A stretch of DNA of 40,782 nucleotides from a virus (Duplodnaviria > Caudoviricetes). Every line of letters begins with the position of its first letter. Positions within the stretch are counted from its first letter, which is position 1. Below the pieces are notes generated by a model that did not search any database, was not told where the DNA came from, and was given only the letters and a program-made list of their open reading frames with translations. Below, in pieces: positions 1-7,754 of this stretch. The stretch spans positions 1 through 40,782 of the IMG/VR virus record IMGVR_UViG_3300044677_000023; one strand, written 5' to 3'. The position numbers were made by a program, and so were the translations under genes.

Positions 1-1311
1 CACTTCGGCTTTTGCAACGGCATCGGTCGAGGCCAGCGAGTTGACGAACACATGGATGCCGTCATTGCCCGAAAACGCCGTGAGACCGAGGTCGGAGACG
101 ATGAACCATTGCGTCGCCAGCGAGCCATCGTCATCGCCGCCCGAACCGGGCCCCTTGGCCTTGGCGGTCATCACGTAGACGCCGGGCTGCAGGTCGCCGA
201 GCGCCTGGTCGACCGGGAATGCGGTGGTGACGTCCTGATTGAGCGTGGTAGTAGTGGCGAGTTCGCCGGACCAGACCTTTACGCCGCGCTCATTGCCGAG
301 ATCGTCGAGCTGGTAGCTGGAGAGCGCCTTCTGGAAGTCGCTGCCGATGACCGTGTTGATCAGGTTGCGGTCGCCGATCCGGAACACCTGCACCGAGACC
401 GAAGGCGTATTGACGCTGACCAGCGGGATGCCGCGCTGGCCGGTGCGCGGCAGCACGTAGGCCCGGCCGGTAAAGCGCACGAACGGTTTGCGGTCGCGCA
501 CGTAGATATTGAATTCGGCGGATTTGGGCAGGCTTTCCTTGACCGTCGACGGCAGGCCGGCGCGCAGATTGATGTTGTAGCGCTCGCCGTGCTTGAGGCC
601 CTCGGCGCAGAGCTGTTTTTCTTCCGAGGACAGCGCCGGCTTGTCGCTCCCCGCCAAAGCGAGGAACGGCGAAAAGTCGGTGCGCTTGGCGAGATCCTCG
701 GAGAACTGGAAGCACGCGCGCGGCGAGGCCGAATCCGAGTCCACGGTGTAATCGAGCAGCCGAAACCCGTGATCGTCGCGCAGCTTTTCGTAGCTTCCGC
801 GGACTTCGGCGACTTCCTTGATGTCGAGCGAAAGCCGTAAGCTATCCAGCGCCGGACGCCACAGCTTGCGGTCAGACAGCGCACGGCCGAGCACGGCAAG
901 GGCGTCCGCCTCTTCCCCGGCATTGCCGGCACGCTGATAGGCGATGTAGGCGGCGGTCGAAGCCCGCTCGAGCAGAAAAGTCTGTTCGCTTGATGTGGCG
1001 GAGCGGATCTGGAAGATGGTGCGGGCCAGCCGCAGCCAGTTGCCGCTGTCCTCCGGCGCGACCGCGGCGATCTGTCCCAGAACCTGCAGCCCGACCCGGT
1101 AATCCCCGCGCTTGAACGCTGCATCGGAATCGGTGCGCAGCGTGGCCGCCGACTTGGCGACGGGACCTGCTTCGCTCTTGATCTGGGCTTCCAGCTTCAC
1201 GGCCGAATCGGCGAGATCGTCGCGTTTGAAGGCCTTATCCGCCGCCTGCGCCGAGACGAGGCCAAGCGCCAGCGTTGCGCAAAGTGCTGCGGCGCGAACC
1301 AAACCGATCAT
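1..1311 (-). CDS. Bacterial alpha-2-macroglobulin family protein, 5' part (runs off the window)
   Basis: Not in the ORF track because it is open to position 1. ATG at 1311 with GGAG upstream; reads MIGLVRAAALCATLALGLVSAQAADKAF...CFQFSEDL...GLKHGERY...QWFIVSDLGLTAFSG, recognised as the rhizobial A2M N-terminus with a signal peptide. Confidence 0.85.
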   Translation of the reverse strand, partial: MIGLVRAAALCATLALGLVSAQAADKAFKRDDLADSAVKLEAQIKSEAGPVAKSAATLRTDSDAAFKRGDYRVGLQVLGQIAAVAPEDSGNWLRLARTIFQIRSATSSEQTFLLERASTAAYIAYQRAGNAGEEADALAVLGRALSDRKLWRPALDSLRLSLDIKEVAEVRGSYEKLRDDHGFRLLDYTVDSDSASPRACFQFSEDLAKRTDFSPFLALAGSDKPALSSEEKQLCAEGLKHGERYNINLRAGLPSTVKESLPKSAEFNIYVRDRKPFVRFTGRAYVLPRTGQRGIPLVSVNTPSVSVQVFRIGDRNLINTVIGSDFQKALSSYQLDDLGNERGVKVWSGELATTTTLNQDVTTAFPVDQALGDLQPGVYVMTAKAKGPGSGGDDDGSLATQWFIVSDLGLTAFSGNDGIHVFVNSLASTDAVAKAEV

Positions 1312-1593
1312 GATGGACTCCCTGGAAGCGGACGAACGCCGCCTGATGGACAGAAATGCGCGAAAAGGTGACGGACTGATGGCCGGGAAGCGGAGAAGCG
1401 AAAAAGTCGCAGACGACATAGCCGTGACAGTCCAGACCACGTGCCGGTCGACGGCCGTGGCTCATGGCGAGCGTTGAGGGCGAACCGGGAGGCCCGCCGC
1501 ACTGCAGTTGTCGCGCCATCGGGCAAATTGGTTCGGTTCAGGCTTGGCAGGGAAGCGGATTTTACATATTGGCGGTGCTATCAGGGCAGCAAC

Positions 1594-1670
1594 GGTCCCA
1601 TAGCTCAACTGGATAGAGTAACGGATTTCTACTCCGTGGGTTGCAGGTTCGAATCCTGCTGGGATCGCCA
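1594..1670 (+). tRNA. tRNA-Arg (anticodon TCT)
   Basis: GGTCCCATAGCTCAACTGGATAGAGTAACGGATTTCTACTCCGTGGGTTGCAGGTTCGAATCCTGCTGGGATCGCCA: full cloverleaf, anticodon stem ACGGA/TCCGT, T-loop TTCGAAT, encoded CCA. Confidence 0.97.
1656..1670 (+). repeat. attL core CTGCTGGGATCGCCA
   Basis: Last 15 nt of the tRNA, repeated exactly at 38953-38967. Confidence 0.92.
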
Positions 1671-1672
1671 GT

Positions 1673-2782
1673 TCATTGTCCAGCTCCTGAGTTTTCAATG
1701 GGTTGATCGCTGTTTTGGCTCATGGGATCAGAGAGTGAGCCAATGCCTGTTCCCGAAACGAGCTTCGCGGCGCCCTTTGCCATCAATTTTCGGTTAGCCG
1801 CTTTCGTGTAGACCTGAGCCTGCGAGATCGACGTCCATCCGAACCATGCCATCAGCTGGTGGTCGGTAGCCCCCTGCTCCGCCAGATAGGTAGCGGCGGC
1901 CTTTCGCAACCCGTGCGAAGTGCAGCGGCTCGGCAATCCTGCCGCTGCGCAAAGATCGCGGAAATGATTGCCGAAACCGGCGGCCGTGAAGGGCTTGCCC
2001 TGCGCGGTGACCAAGAACGTTAGATGGTCGCTTGCCGGCATCGCGTCAATCGCCGCCTGCAGCGCCGGCATCACCTCAACATAAAAGGCGACGCCGGTTT
2101 TCTGCCGGCGCATTGACATTGATCCGGCGCGAACGTGTTGGCGGCCAAGGCGCACCACGTCGCATTTTGACTGCCCGGCCTGCAGCAGCAGCTCGTAAGC
2201 GAGCCGCGCGCGCGTTCCAAGCGGGTGGTGGTTTTCAAACTTGGCGCACTCCCCCGATTCCCAAGGGTGGTGCCCGGTTGTCCTCATCTTGACCAGCTTC
2301 ACTCCAGCGAGCGGGTCGGTTCTGATCATTTTCAGAGACTGGCAGTGATCCAGGAAACCCCGTAGCGCCTTTCTCCAGTTTCGTTGCGCCGATGGCGTCT
2401 TGCCATTGAGGATGATCTGCAGCGCCCCGCTATGCATCAGCGCGACACGCTTGTCGCCGTGCCCTTCGCGAAAGCGCTCCAGGATGGCCCTGCGACCGTT
2501 CTGCGAGCTCTTGGCAAGGCCCTTCGTAAAAGCGGTTGATTGGACATACGCGATGACCGCAGCGTTCACCGTGCCGGGTACAGTGCGCTTCGCGCCGATC
2601 TCGACCTTGCCGGCATCGCCCTGCAGTGCGATTTCCCGCGCGGTCATAAATTCGGGCGACCACGGCAGGCCAGGAAGCGGAATTTTTGCGTGCCCAGGGC
2701 GCCGCAGATAAAAACGCGGCTTCCCGTGCTGGTCGACGTAGCCGTGTGTGAACTTGGGGTATTTCACTTCACGGTGTCCCAT
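1673..2782 (-). CDS. int: Tyrosine recombinase (phage integrase)
   Basis: HGLRKA, FGW and VYTK motifs; N-terminal arm-binding-like region (YVDQHGKPRFYLRR); stop lies 2 bp from the att core. The true start may be the GTG of VKYPKF. Confidence 0.93.
   Translation of the reverse strand: MGHREVKYPKFTHGYVDQHGKPRFYLRRPGHAKIPLPGLPWSPEFMTAREIALQGDAGKVEIGAKRTVPGTVNAAVIAYVQSTAFTKGLAKSSQNGRRAILERFREGHGDKRVALMHSGALQIILNGKTPSAQRNWRKALRGFLDHCQSLKMIRTDPLAGVKLVKMRTTGHHPWESGECAKFENHHPLGTRARLAYELLLQAGQSKCDVVRLGRQHVRAGSMSMRRQKTGVAFYVEVMPALQAAIDAMPASDHLTFLVTAQGKPFTAAGFGNHFRDLCAAAGLPSRCTSHGLRKAAATYLAEQGATDHQLMAWFGWTSISQAQVYTKAANRKLMAKGAAKLVSGTGIGSLSDPMSQNSDQPIENSGAGQ
1715..1743. promoter_or_regulatory. Putative integrase arm-type sites (RTGAGCCAR, 2 copies)
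   Basis: TTGGCTCAT at 1715-1723 (reverse complement ATGAGCCAA) and GTGAGCCAA at 1735-1743; two more copies lie beside attR. Confidence 0.6.
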
Positions 2783-2958
2783 TCGTTGGCGTCGCCAGCT
2801 GACGAAGAATCAGCCTCTGGCTGGCCTGCCACGATAACAATTTTCCCGTCGCGCGGATCGATCTCAATGCGCCTGACGCCAACACCCGCCGCCGCCGCCG
2901 CTTTAAGGGCCTTGGTCACGTCGCCTTGCTTGAAGGTCTGAGTTCCGCGAGACATCAA
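2764..2958 (-). CDS. Putative excisionase / recombination directionality factor
   Basis: 64 aa (FKQGDVTKALKAA...RIEIDPRDGKIVIV...NEWD), overlapping the integrase start, a layout common in alphaproteobacterial elements. Confidence 0.6.
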   Translation of the reverse strand: MMSRGTQTFKQGDVTKALKAAAAAGVGVRRIEIDPRDGKIVIVAGQPEADSSSAGDANEWDTVK

Positions 2959-3122
2959 CCGGCGGCCCTCTTGGGCTGCTCAGCTTCCATTCGCGCCCGA
3001 ATGCTGCGGATAATCTCGCTGTTCTGGCTTGCCAAATTACGGGCTGATTCTTGCTCAATCCACGTTTTCACGTCCTGCGGCAGACGGACCAGGAGCGTGG
3101 TCGTCTTTTCCTTGTGGGTCAT
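2955..3122 (-). CDS. Arc-family ribbon-helix-helix repressor (Cro-like position)
   Basis: LLVRLPQDVKTWIEQESARNLASQNSEIIRSI matches the Arc pattern; ATG at 3122. Confidence 0.85.
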   Translation of the reverse strand: MTHKEKTTTLLVRLPQDVKTWIEQESARNLASQNSEIIRSIRARMEAEQPKRAAG

Positions 3123-3145
3123 GAGTTTAGCCCGCACCAAATTTG

Positions 3146-3205
3146 ATATGGCGTTTATATATCCCTAGTGCCATATTAAAGGCAACCAAAATATGGCACT
3201 AGGGA
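3146..3205. promoter_or_regulatory. Divergent promoter/operator region of the Arc/Arc switch
   Basis: Perfect inverted repeat TCCCTAGTGCCATATT (3162-3177) / AATATGGCACTAGGGA (3190-3205); partial copy ATATGGC at 3146-3152; leftward TTGCCT-N17-ATATAT (3185 to 3157). Confidence 0.8.
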
Positions 3206-3214
3206 CAAGGCTAG

Positions 3215-3523
3215 ATGGCAGCGCGGGTGAAAAAACGGTCCGACACGTCGACCAACCGGGATTCGGATAAAATAATCGTCCGGCTACCCGCTGGAATGCG
3301 AAACGCGCTCGCCGAGGTGGCGGATCGCAACGGGCGGTCGGTGAATGCCGAGGTCGTTCACGCCCTAGCGATCTACTTTGCTCAAGAGGGCATGACGGCT
3401 GACGAGCGCCTGAGGCAGGGGATTGTCGTAAAGTTGAAGGCCGCCCTTGACGGCATAATCCGAGAAGTCGCCGCAGACGAAGTGAGTAGATTTCGGCAAA
3501 AAATCGAACCGCCGGCAAAGTGA
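3215..3523 (+). CDS. Arc/Mnt-family repressor (CI-like position)
   Basis: DKIIVRLPAGMRNALAEVADRNGRSVNAEVVHAL is a classic Arc motif (NGRSVN); divergent from the other Arc gene. Confidence 0.9.
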   Translation: MAARVKKRSDTSTNRDSDKIIVRLPAGMRNALAEVADRNGRSVNAEVVHALAIYFAQEGMTADERLRQGIVVKLKAALDGIIREVAADEVSRFRQKIEPPAK

Positions 3524-3536
3524 ACGGAGCAAACAA

Positions 3537-3740
3537 ATGATCGAAGACGGAAGAGCATTCGGCGCGACGATGGCGCTGAAGCACGTTCTCAGACTGCTCG
3601 AGCGCAAGGGAGTGATCACACACGCAGAAATAATTACGACTTTGGATGACGCTTTGGAGGAGTTGCGCGGTGTCACCTCGTTAGCGCCGGACGCACACGC
3701 GGCGGCTGGCAGAGCAGTCGGTTTCCTTTATGTTCGCTAA
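3537..3740 (+). CDS. Hypothetical protein, 67 aa
   Basis: GGAG SD, follows the repressor, ends before a terminator. Confidence 0.7.
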   Translation: MIEDGRAFGATMALKHVLRLLERKGVITHAEIITTLDDALEELRGVTSLAPDAHAAAGRAVGFLYVR

Positions 3741-3773
3741 CCTGCGGCGATTTTCTGCCGCAAAGCAGCAAGC

Positions 3774-3810
3774 AAAAAAGCCCGCCGGCGCGAACCGGCG
3801 GGCTTTCATT
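3774..3810. terminator. Bidirectional intrinsic terminator
   Basis: AAAGCCCGCCGG-cgcgaa-CCGGCGGGCTTT between convergent genes. Confidence 0.8.
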
Positions 3811-3825
3811 TCAGGCGCGCCTTGC

Positions 3826-4686
3826 TTAGGCGCTAATGTCCTGGAGTATGGCCTTCATCATCACCACCTTGCGCCAGTCGTCGAACAGATCGCCACCATC
3901 GGGCCACTCCGCCATCAGCCCGGCCTTGAACCTCAGCGCTTCGATCGTTGTCGCCGGCGCGGTGACCATCGCCATGACGGCATCGTCGACCTTGTCCTGA
4001 TGTTCCTCCAAGGCTTCCTCGGCGTCGTCGACGCCCATGCTGGCACGCAACGCCACCTTGTCAGCTTGCCAGCGATCGAACGCCGCGACAATGCTGTCCT
4101 TCCGCTGCTGTGCGAGCGGCCATGGCTCGCGCGTCCGGTAAACGTCATAATCGATGCCGAGCGTGCCGATCGGTTCGACCGTCGGCGCGGAGGGCATGTC
4201 TTTCCCGTGCGTCCCCGTTGCGACGTAGCGATCATTGTATCGCATCGCTCGACGTTTCCGCATGGCCTGAATGTCGCTGACTGTGAAGTGGGTTTGGCCT
4301 TTCCAGCGGTCGACACTGCCAAATTCCTTCAGCAGCTCGAAATCGGCGGTGCGGATGAGGAGTCCAGACCGCGGCTGGTCGACGACCGCGAGATAGGCGG
4401 CCTCGAGCTCGGCAAGGCGATTTTCAAGGCTCAAGGTTTGGGCATCGAGCTGGCGCCAGCGATCGCGCAGGGCGATCAGATCGGCTACTTCGGAATGGCC
4501 GCCACACGCCGCCAGCGCGGGCGCAGCGATGGCCGCGGCGGTCGGGATGGCGACGGCAAGGCCGGTTAGGAAGGCGCGACGGGCAAGGCCCCGCGGGGCT
4601 TCTCTCGTCAATGAAGTGTGGATTGAGGTTGACGCGCCTACAGCGCGAATCGGATTTGTGTTATTGAGGATAGCAGCCTTAGCCAT
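3826..4686 (-). CDS. Hypothetical protein with Tat-like signal and lipobox
   Basis: GGAG SD; ARRAFLTG, then a hydrophobic stretch, then LAAC; helical-looking body. Confidence 0.7.
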   Translation of the reverse strand: MAKAAILNNTNPIRAVGASTSIHTSLTREAPRGLARRAFLTGLAVAIPTAAAIAAPALAACGGHSEVADLIALRDRWRQLDAQTLSLENRLAELEAAYLAVVDQPRSGLLIRTADFELLKEFGSVDRWKGQTHFTVSDIQAMRKRRAMRYNDRYVATGTHGKDMPSAPTVEPIGTLGIDYDVYRTREPWPLAQQRKDSIVAAFDRWQADKVALRASMGVDDAEEALEEHQDKVDDAVMAMVTAPATTIEALRFKAGLMAEWPDGGDLFDDWRKVVMMKAILQDISA

Positions 4687-4711
4687 GGGTAGACTCCGTG
4701 GTCGGGGTTAG

Positions 4712-4791
4712 AGCCGGGGCGGAAGTGGCAACTTCCCTCCGGCTTGCTTTTGTGATATCCTTATTTATGGCAAAGTCAATAAATGATATCC
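4712..4791. promoter_or_regulatory. Leader hairpin plus promoter with paired TGATATCC sites
   Basis: Hairpin AGCCGG..GGAAGT-ggca-ACTTCC..CCGGCT (4712-4744); TGATATCC at 4753-4760 and 4784-4791; leftward TTGACT-N16-TATCAC. Confidence 0.55.
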
Positions 4792-5006
4792 CAAAAAAGC
4801 GACGTGGCCGCCCGGCGACGGGTCGCGGCGAAGGAATCCTAGTCCGCCTGCAGCCCGATCAGCTCGCTGGCATCGATACCTGGATTGCCAAGCAGGCTTC
4901 GCCGGTAACGCGGCCTGAGGCCATCCGCGGGATGATTGACGCGACACTGCGCATCCTTTCAAAGGATCCAGGCGAGAAGCTGAATAAAAAGAAAAAACTG
5001 AAATAA
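4767..5006 (+). CDS. CopG/RHH-type DNA-binding protein
   Basis: MAKSINDIPKKRRGRPATGRGEGILVRLQPDQLAGIDTW...TRPEAIR; ATG at 4767. Confidence 0.8.
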   Translation: MAKSINDIPKKRRGRPATGRGEGILVRLQPDQLAGIDTWIAKQASPVTRPEAIRGMIDATLRILSKDPGEKLNKKKKLK

Positions 5007-5098
5007 TCGGAAGGCACCGGGACTGTCAGTCTGTGGATTGCGGGCGTCGGCGTTGATCGCCCGGTGCCGCTGGCGCGCAGCCGTGCGACGCTGAAGGC

Positions 5099-5680
5099 AT
5101 GGACAAGCGGAGCAAATACTTCGGCCTCAATGTCGCCGATAACAATCTAGCGCGCATCAATCGCACTGGCAGAACGACGTTCGGCCATTGGGTCTGGACG
5201 GCAGAGGAGGATAATTTAGTCCGTCAGTTTCATCCTGACTTTGCAAAGTTGAAAAAGCTGCTGCGCCGTCGGTCGATGATCGCGATCAAGCGAAGGGCCA
5301 TAGACCTGAGGCTGGTCAGAGCTCAACACCTCTGGACCGCCAACGAAGTAACGAAGCTCCGGCGCCGGTGGCGAGACTTAAGCAAGGCCGAATTGATCGC
5401 GGAGTTTCCGCGCCACACCTGGATATCCATCAGGTGCAAGGGATCGAAGCTAGGCCTTCGCCGGCGACCTTGGCAGCCCAAGCCGACGGGGAAGCAGCTA
5501 TTGGACCAGATACGAGAACGCGCCGCCTATCTGCACATCTCGTTACTTGACCTTGACCGCATTTGTTTTTCCCGGACTTACTTCGCGAGAAGCAGCCAAG
5601 GCCATTATTCGAGCGGCCGCAACGTCTTGCTTACCGCCGTCGCGGCGCTCGGAGGACGTGTCGAGATTGTTTGGCGGTGA
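5099..5680 (+). CDS. Basic protein with two Myb/SANT-like repeats and a C-terminal HTH-like region
   Basis: WTAEEDNLV...RSMIAIKRRAIDLRL and WTANEVTKL...HTWISIRCKGSKLGL; ends AVAALGGRVEIVW. Confidence 0.65.
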   Translation: MDKRSKYFGLNVADNNLARINRTGRTTFGHWVWTAEEDNLVRQFHPDFAKLKKLLRRRSMIAIKRRAIDLRLVRAQHLWTANEVTKLRRRWRDLSKAELIAEFPRHTWISIRCKGSKLGLRRRPWQPKPTGKQLLDQIRERAAYLHISLLDLDRICFSRTYFARSSQGHYSSGRNVLLTAVAALGGRVEIVWR

Positions 5681-5702
5681 GCGCGCAATTCGGATCAAAA
5701 TC

Positions 5703-5711
5703 TGATATAAT
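5703..5711 (+). promoter_or_regulatory. Extended -10 promoter (TGnTATAAT)
   Basis: TGATATAAT ends at 5711; the ATG at 5718 has no SD. Confidence 0.6.
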
Positions 5712-5717
5712 CCCGCG

Positions 5718-5963
5718 ATGCCCGACACTGTGACCCATTGGACCAATCAGGGAACGTTCCTGATCGAGGAAGTTTTTATAGGCGGATCTTGGAACTACCA
5801 CCTTTGGCACGAGAAAGATAAAAACAAGACCGACCTCAAGCTTTTCACAGATTTCGACACGGCGGCCGAAAGCATCGGGCAAGGCAAGCACGATGAGGCT
5901 CTGGGATTCGCAGCGTCTGCGCTAGGCGTCCCGCCGCTCGTTAAAAACTGGAACAGAAAATAG
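5718..5963 (+). CDS. Hypothetical protein, 81 aa
   Basis: Lower-GC ORF with protein-like composition, directly after the promoter motif. Confidence 0.7.
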   Translation: MPDTVTHWTNQGTFLIEEVFIGGSWNYHLWHEKDKNKTDLKLFTDFDTAAESIGQGKHDEALGFAASALGVPPLVKNWNRK

Positions 5964-6001
5964 AACTAACCGACGACGACCCCAATGAAGCCTATGACGT
6001 C

Positions 6002-6190
6002 GTGCCGATGCCTGACAAACCACATGGGCCGTCCGGCTGGTGGACCGTCACCTGCAACGGGATTCCGGTCAGGCATTTCGGGCCTGATAAAAAGGATCTC
6101 GCGCAACGCTACGCGACCGACCCGGCGTATCGCGCGAGCCTTGCGACGAAAAAGTTGTGGGAAGCTGGTCGCGATAAATCCGAGCAATAA
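6002..6190 (+). CDS. Hypothetical protein, about 60 aa
   Basis: MPDKPHGPSGWWTVTCNGIPVRHF...; followed by a terminator-like hairpin. Start may be the ATG at 6008. Confidence 0.6.
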   Translation: MPMPDKPHGPSGWWTVTCNGIPVRHFGPDKKDLAQRYATDPAYRASLATKKLWEAGRDKSEQ

Positions 6191-6226
6191 AAAACGGCCG
6201 CCCGGCATGACGCCGAACGGCCTTTT
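6190..6226. terminator. Putative bidirectional terminator
   Basis: A-tract, GGCCG..CGGC-atgac-GCCG..CGGCC, then TTTT, between convergent genes. Confidence 0.5.
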
Positions 6227-6274
6227 CCGCGACTGCCGGCAACACGCCGGTTCCGTCGAATTTGTAGAGCGCTG

Positions 6275-6469
6275 TCAGGCCGGATTGCCGCCGCCGCCCT
6301 GGGTGGCAAAGTCACCTTCAAGCGCCGAGCCCGTCTGGCGTTGCACCGCATCGGCCGCCGCGCGCAGCCGGCGAACGACTTCGGTCGTATCATAATCGGC
6401 GCTGGCGCTGCCCTTCATGATCTGGTCGCGCAGGGCATTGAGGGCAGCGACGGTTTCGGCGGCCTTCAT
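6275..6469 (-). CDS. Hypothetical protein, 64 aa
   Basis: MKAAETVAALNALRDQI...; ATGA overlap with the upstream gene. Confidence 0.6.
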   Translation of the reverse strand: MKAAETVAALNALRDQIMKGSASADYDTTEVVRRLRAAADAVQRQTGSALEGDFATQGGGGNPA

Positions 6470-6825
6470 CGCTTCGCACCTGGTCGCGGCGCAACGCCGC
6501 CGATCCCCATCTGATCCGCGACGTAGCGCCCGCGCGCCACTCTGCGCGCCTCCCGTCGATCGGCCGCGGACTGTGCCGGGTGGCATTTCGCCCCGCCAGC
6601 CCACAGCAGCACCATCATTGGCCCTGCCGCGTCGTCCTGCACGGTCGACCATTCGCGGTCACCCTTGAACCTGACCGCATTGCCCCGCCAATCGGCCATG
6701 GGCCGACCGTCGATGGTGCAGCGGATATGGATTGCTGCGCTGGCGGCCGATCGCGGCGCGGCATGTACATTCGACGCAAGGCAGGCGAGCGCAATCGCCG
6801 CCAGAAAGCGGACGGTGTTCAACAT
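6466..6825 (-). CDS. Putative secreted protein
   Basis: Signal peptide MLNTVRFLAAIALACLASNVHA; SD-like AAGGA. Confidence 0.6.
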   Translation of the reverse strand: MLNTVRFLAAIALACLASNVHAAPRSAASAAIHIRCTIDGRPMADWRGNAVRFKGDREWSTVQDDAAGPMMVLLWAGGAKCHPAQSAADRREARRVARGRYVADQMGIGGVAPRPGAKR

Positions 6826-6868
6826 TGGATTTTCCTTGTGATGAAAGGTTACAGTTTGCCGAGCGGTA

Positions 6869-7468
6869 TCAGGCCGCCGGACGCCTATTGCGGAACGTCA
6901 CGAACAGCGTGAGTGCCGCGAAAATAATTCCCATGCCGACCGTGATATAACCCCACGTCTGCGCCGCGCCTTCGGCTCTGGCGGACGCCTGCAGCACCTG
7001 CTGACTTAGAGCCGTGAATTTATCTTCGACCGATCGGATTCGAACGTCGAACCGGTCGTCCAGGGCTTTAATAAGCCCGATCACCTCGGCGCGCGGCATA
7101 AGGGTGGAAGCCTGATCTTTCAATTGGCCGCGAAATTCGTTCTGAGTATCGAGCCGCTGATTCTGCGCAACCTCTGCCTTTGTCGTCGCGCGTTCGGCCG
7201 CGATCAACGCAGCCGCTACAGCATCTTTCGCCGCCGACAAGGCCGCGTCGATTGCCTTGCTGTTATCGAAAAACCGCTGATCGGTTCGGGCGGTGCGCTC
7301 GTTGATGATCGCCAGCAGTTCGCGCCCGGTCGGCTCCGCTGCCTTGCTGATGATCGCCAGCAATTCATGGGCGGTCGGCGCTGGCGCGGCTTGCGCGAGC
7401 GCCGGCAACGGCGCCAACAGCGCAAAGACCAGGACGGCCCAGCGCACCACGTTGCCCCCTATTTTCAT
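6869..7468 (-). CDS. Coiled-coil protein with N-terminal signal peptide and C-terminal TM helix (lysis cassette)
   Basis: MKIGGNVVRWAVLVFALLAPLPALAQ..., Ala-rich helical middle, then WGYITVGMGIIFAALTLFVTFRNRR. Confidence 0.75.
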   Translation of the reverse strand: MKIGGNVVRWAVLVFALLAPLPALAQAAPAPTAHELLAIISKAAEPTGRELLAIINERTARTDQRFFDNSKAIDAALSAAKDAVAAALIAAERATTKAEVAQNQRLDTQNEFRGQLKDQASTLMPRAEVIGLIKALDDRFDVRIRSVEDKFTALSQQVLQASARAEGAAQTWGYITVGMGIIFAALTLFVTFRNRRPAA

Positions 7469-7472
7469 TTCG

Positions 7473-7754
7473 TTATGTCCGTTTTTTGCGCTCTGGCGGA
7501 TGAGCAACCGAATTGCGCAACTGCTGATCGTTTCGCATATCCTCCAGCAGCCCCTTTATGGTGGCGATATCCTTGGCGGCGTCGTGAAGCATCAAATAAG
7601 TCTGCACGTCGCCGCCGGTCATGCCGGCCTTTTTGTCGCGCTGCCCGAGGAACCGCAAATAAATTCCGGCAAACGCCACTGCTACCAGGAAAAGCGCATT
7701 CCAAAACGGCCAGTCCGCAAGCGCGTGCGACGCGTTAGCTACCGGGTCTGACAT
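7473..7754 (-). CDS. Single-TM protein (holin/antiholin-like)
   Basis: MSDPVANAS...FWNALFLVAVAFAGIYLRF followed by a short coiled coil. Confidence 0.65.
   Translation of the reverse strand: MSDPVANASHALADWPFWNALFLVAVAFAGIYLRFLGQRDKKAGMTGGDVQTYLMLHDAAKDIATIKGLLEDMRNDQQLRNSVAHPPERKKRT

Noticed and set aside
52-1124. ORFs 52-840(+), 290-715(-) and 360-1124(-)
   Set aside because: Shadow frames of the alpha-2-macroglobulin gene, which the track missed because it runs off the window.
1462-1698. ORFs overlapping the tRNA
   Set aside because: Translations of tRNA and promoter sequence.
6466-6825. o-spanin call
   Set aside because: ALAC is a poor lipobox and a signal peptidase I site (VHA) follows.
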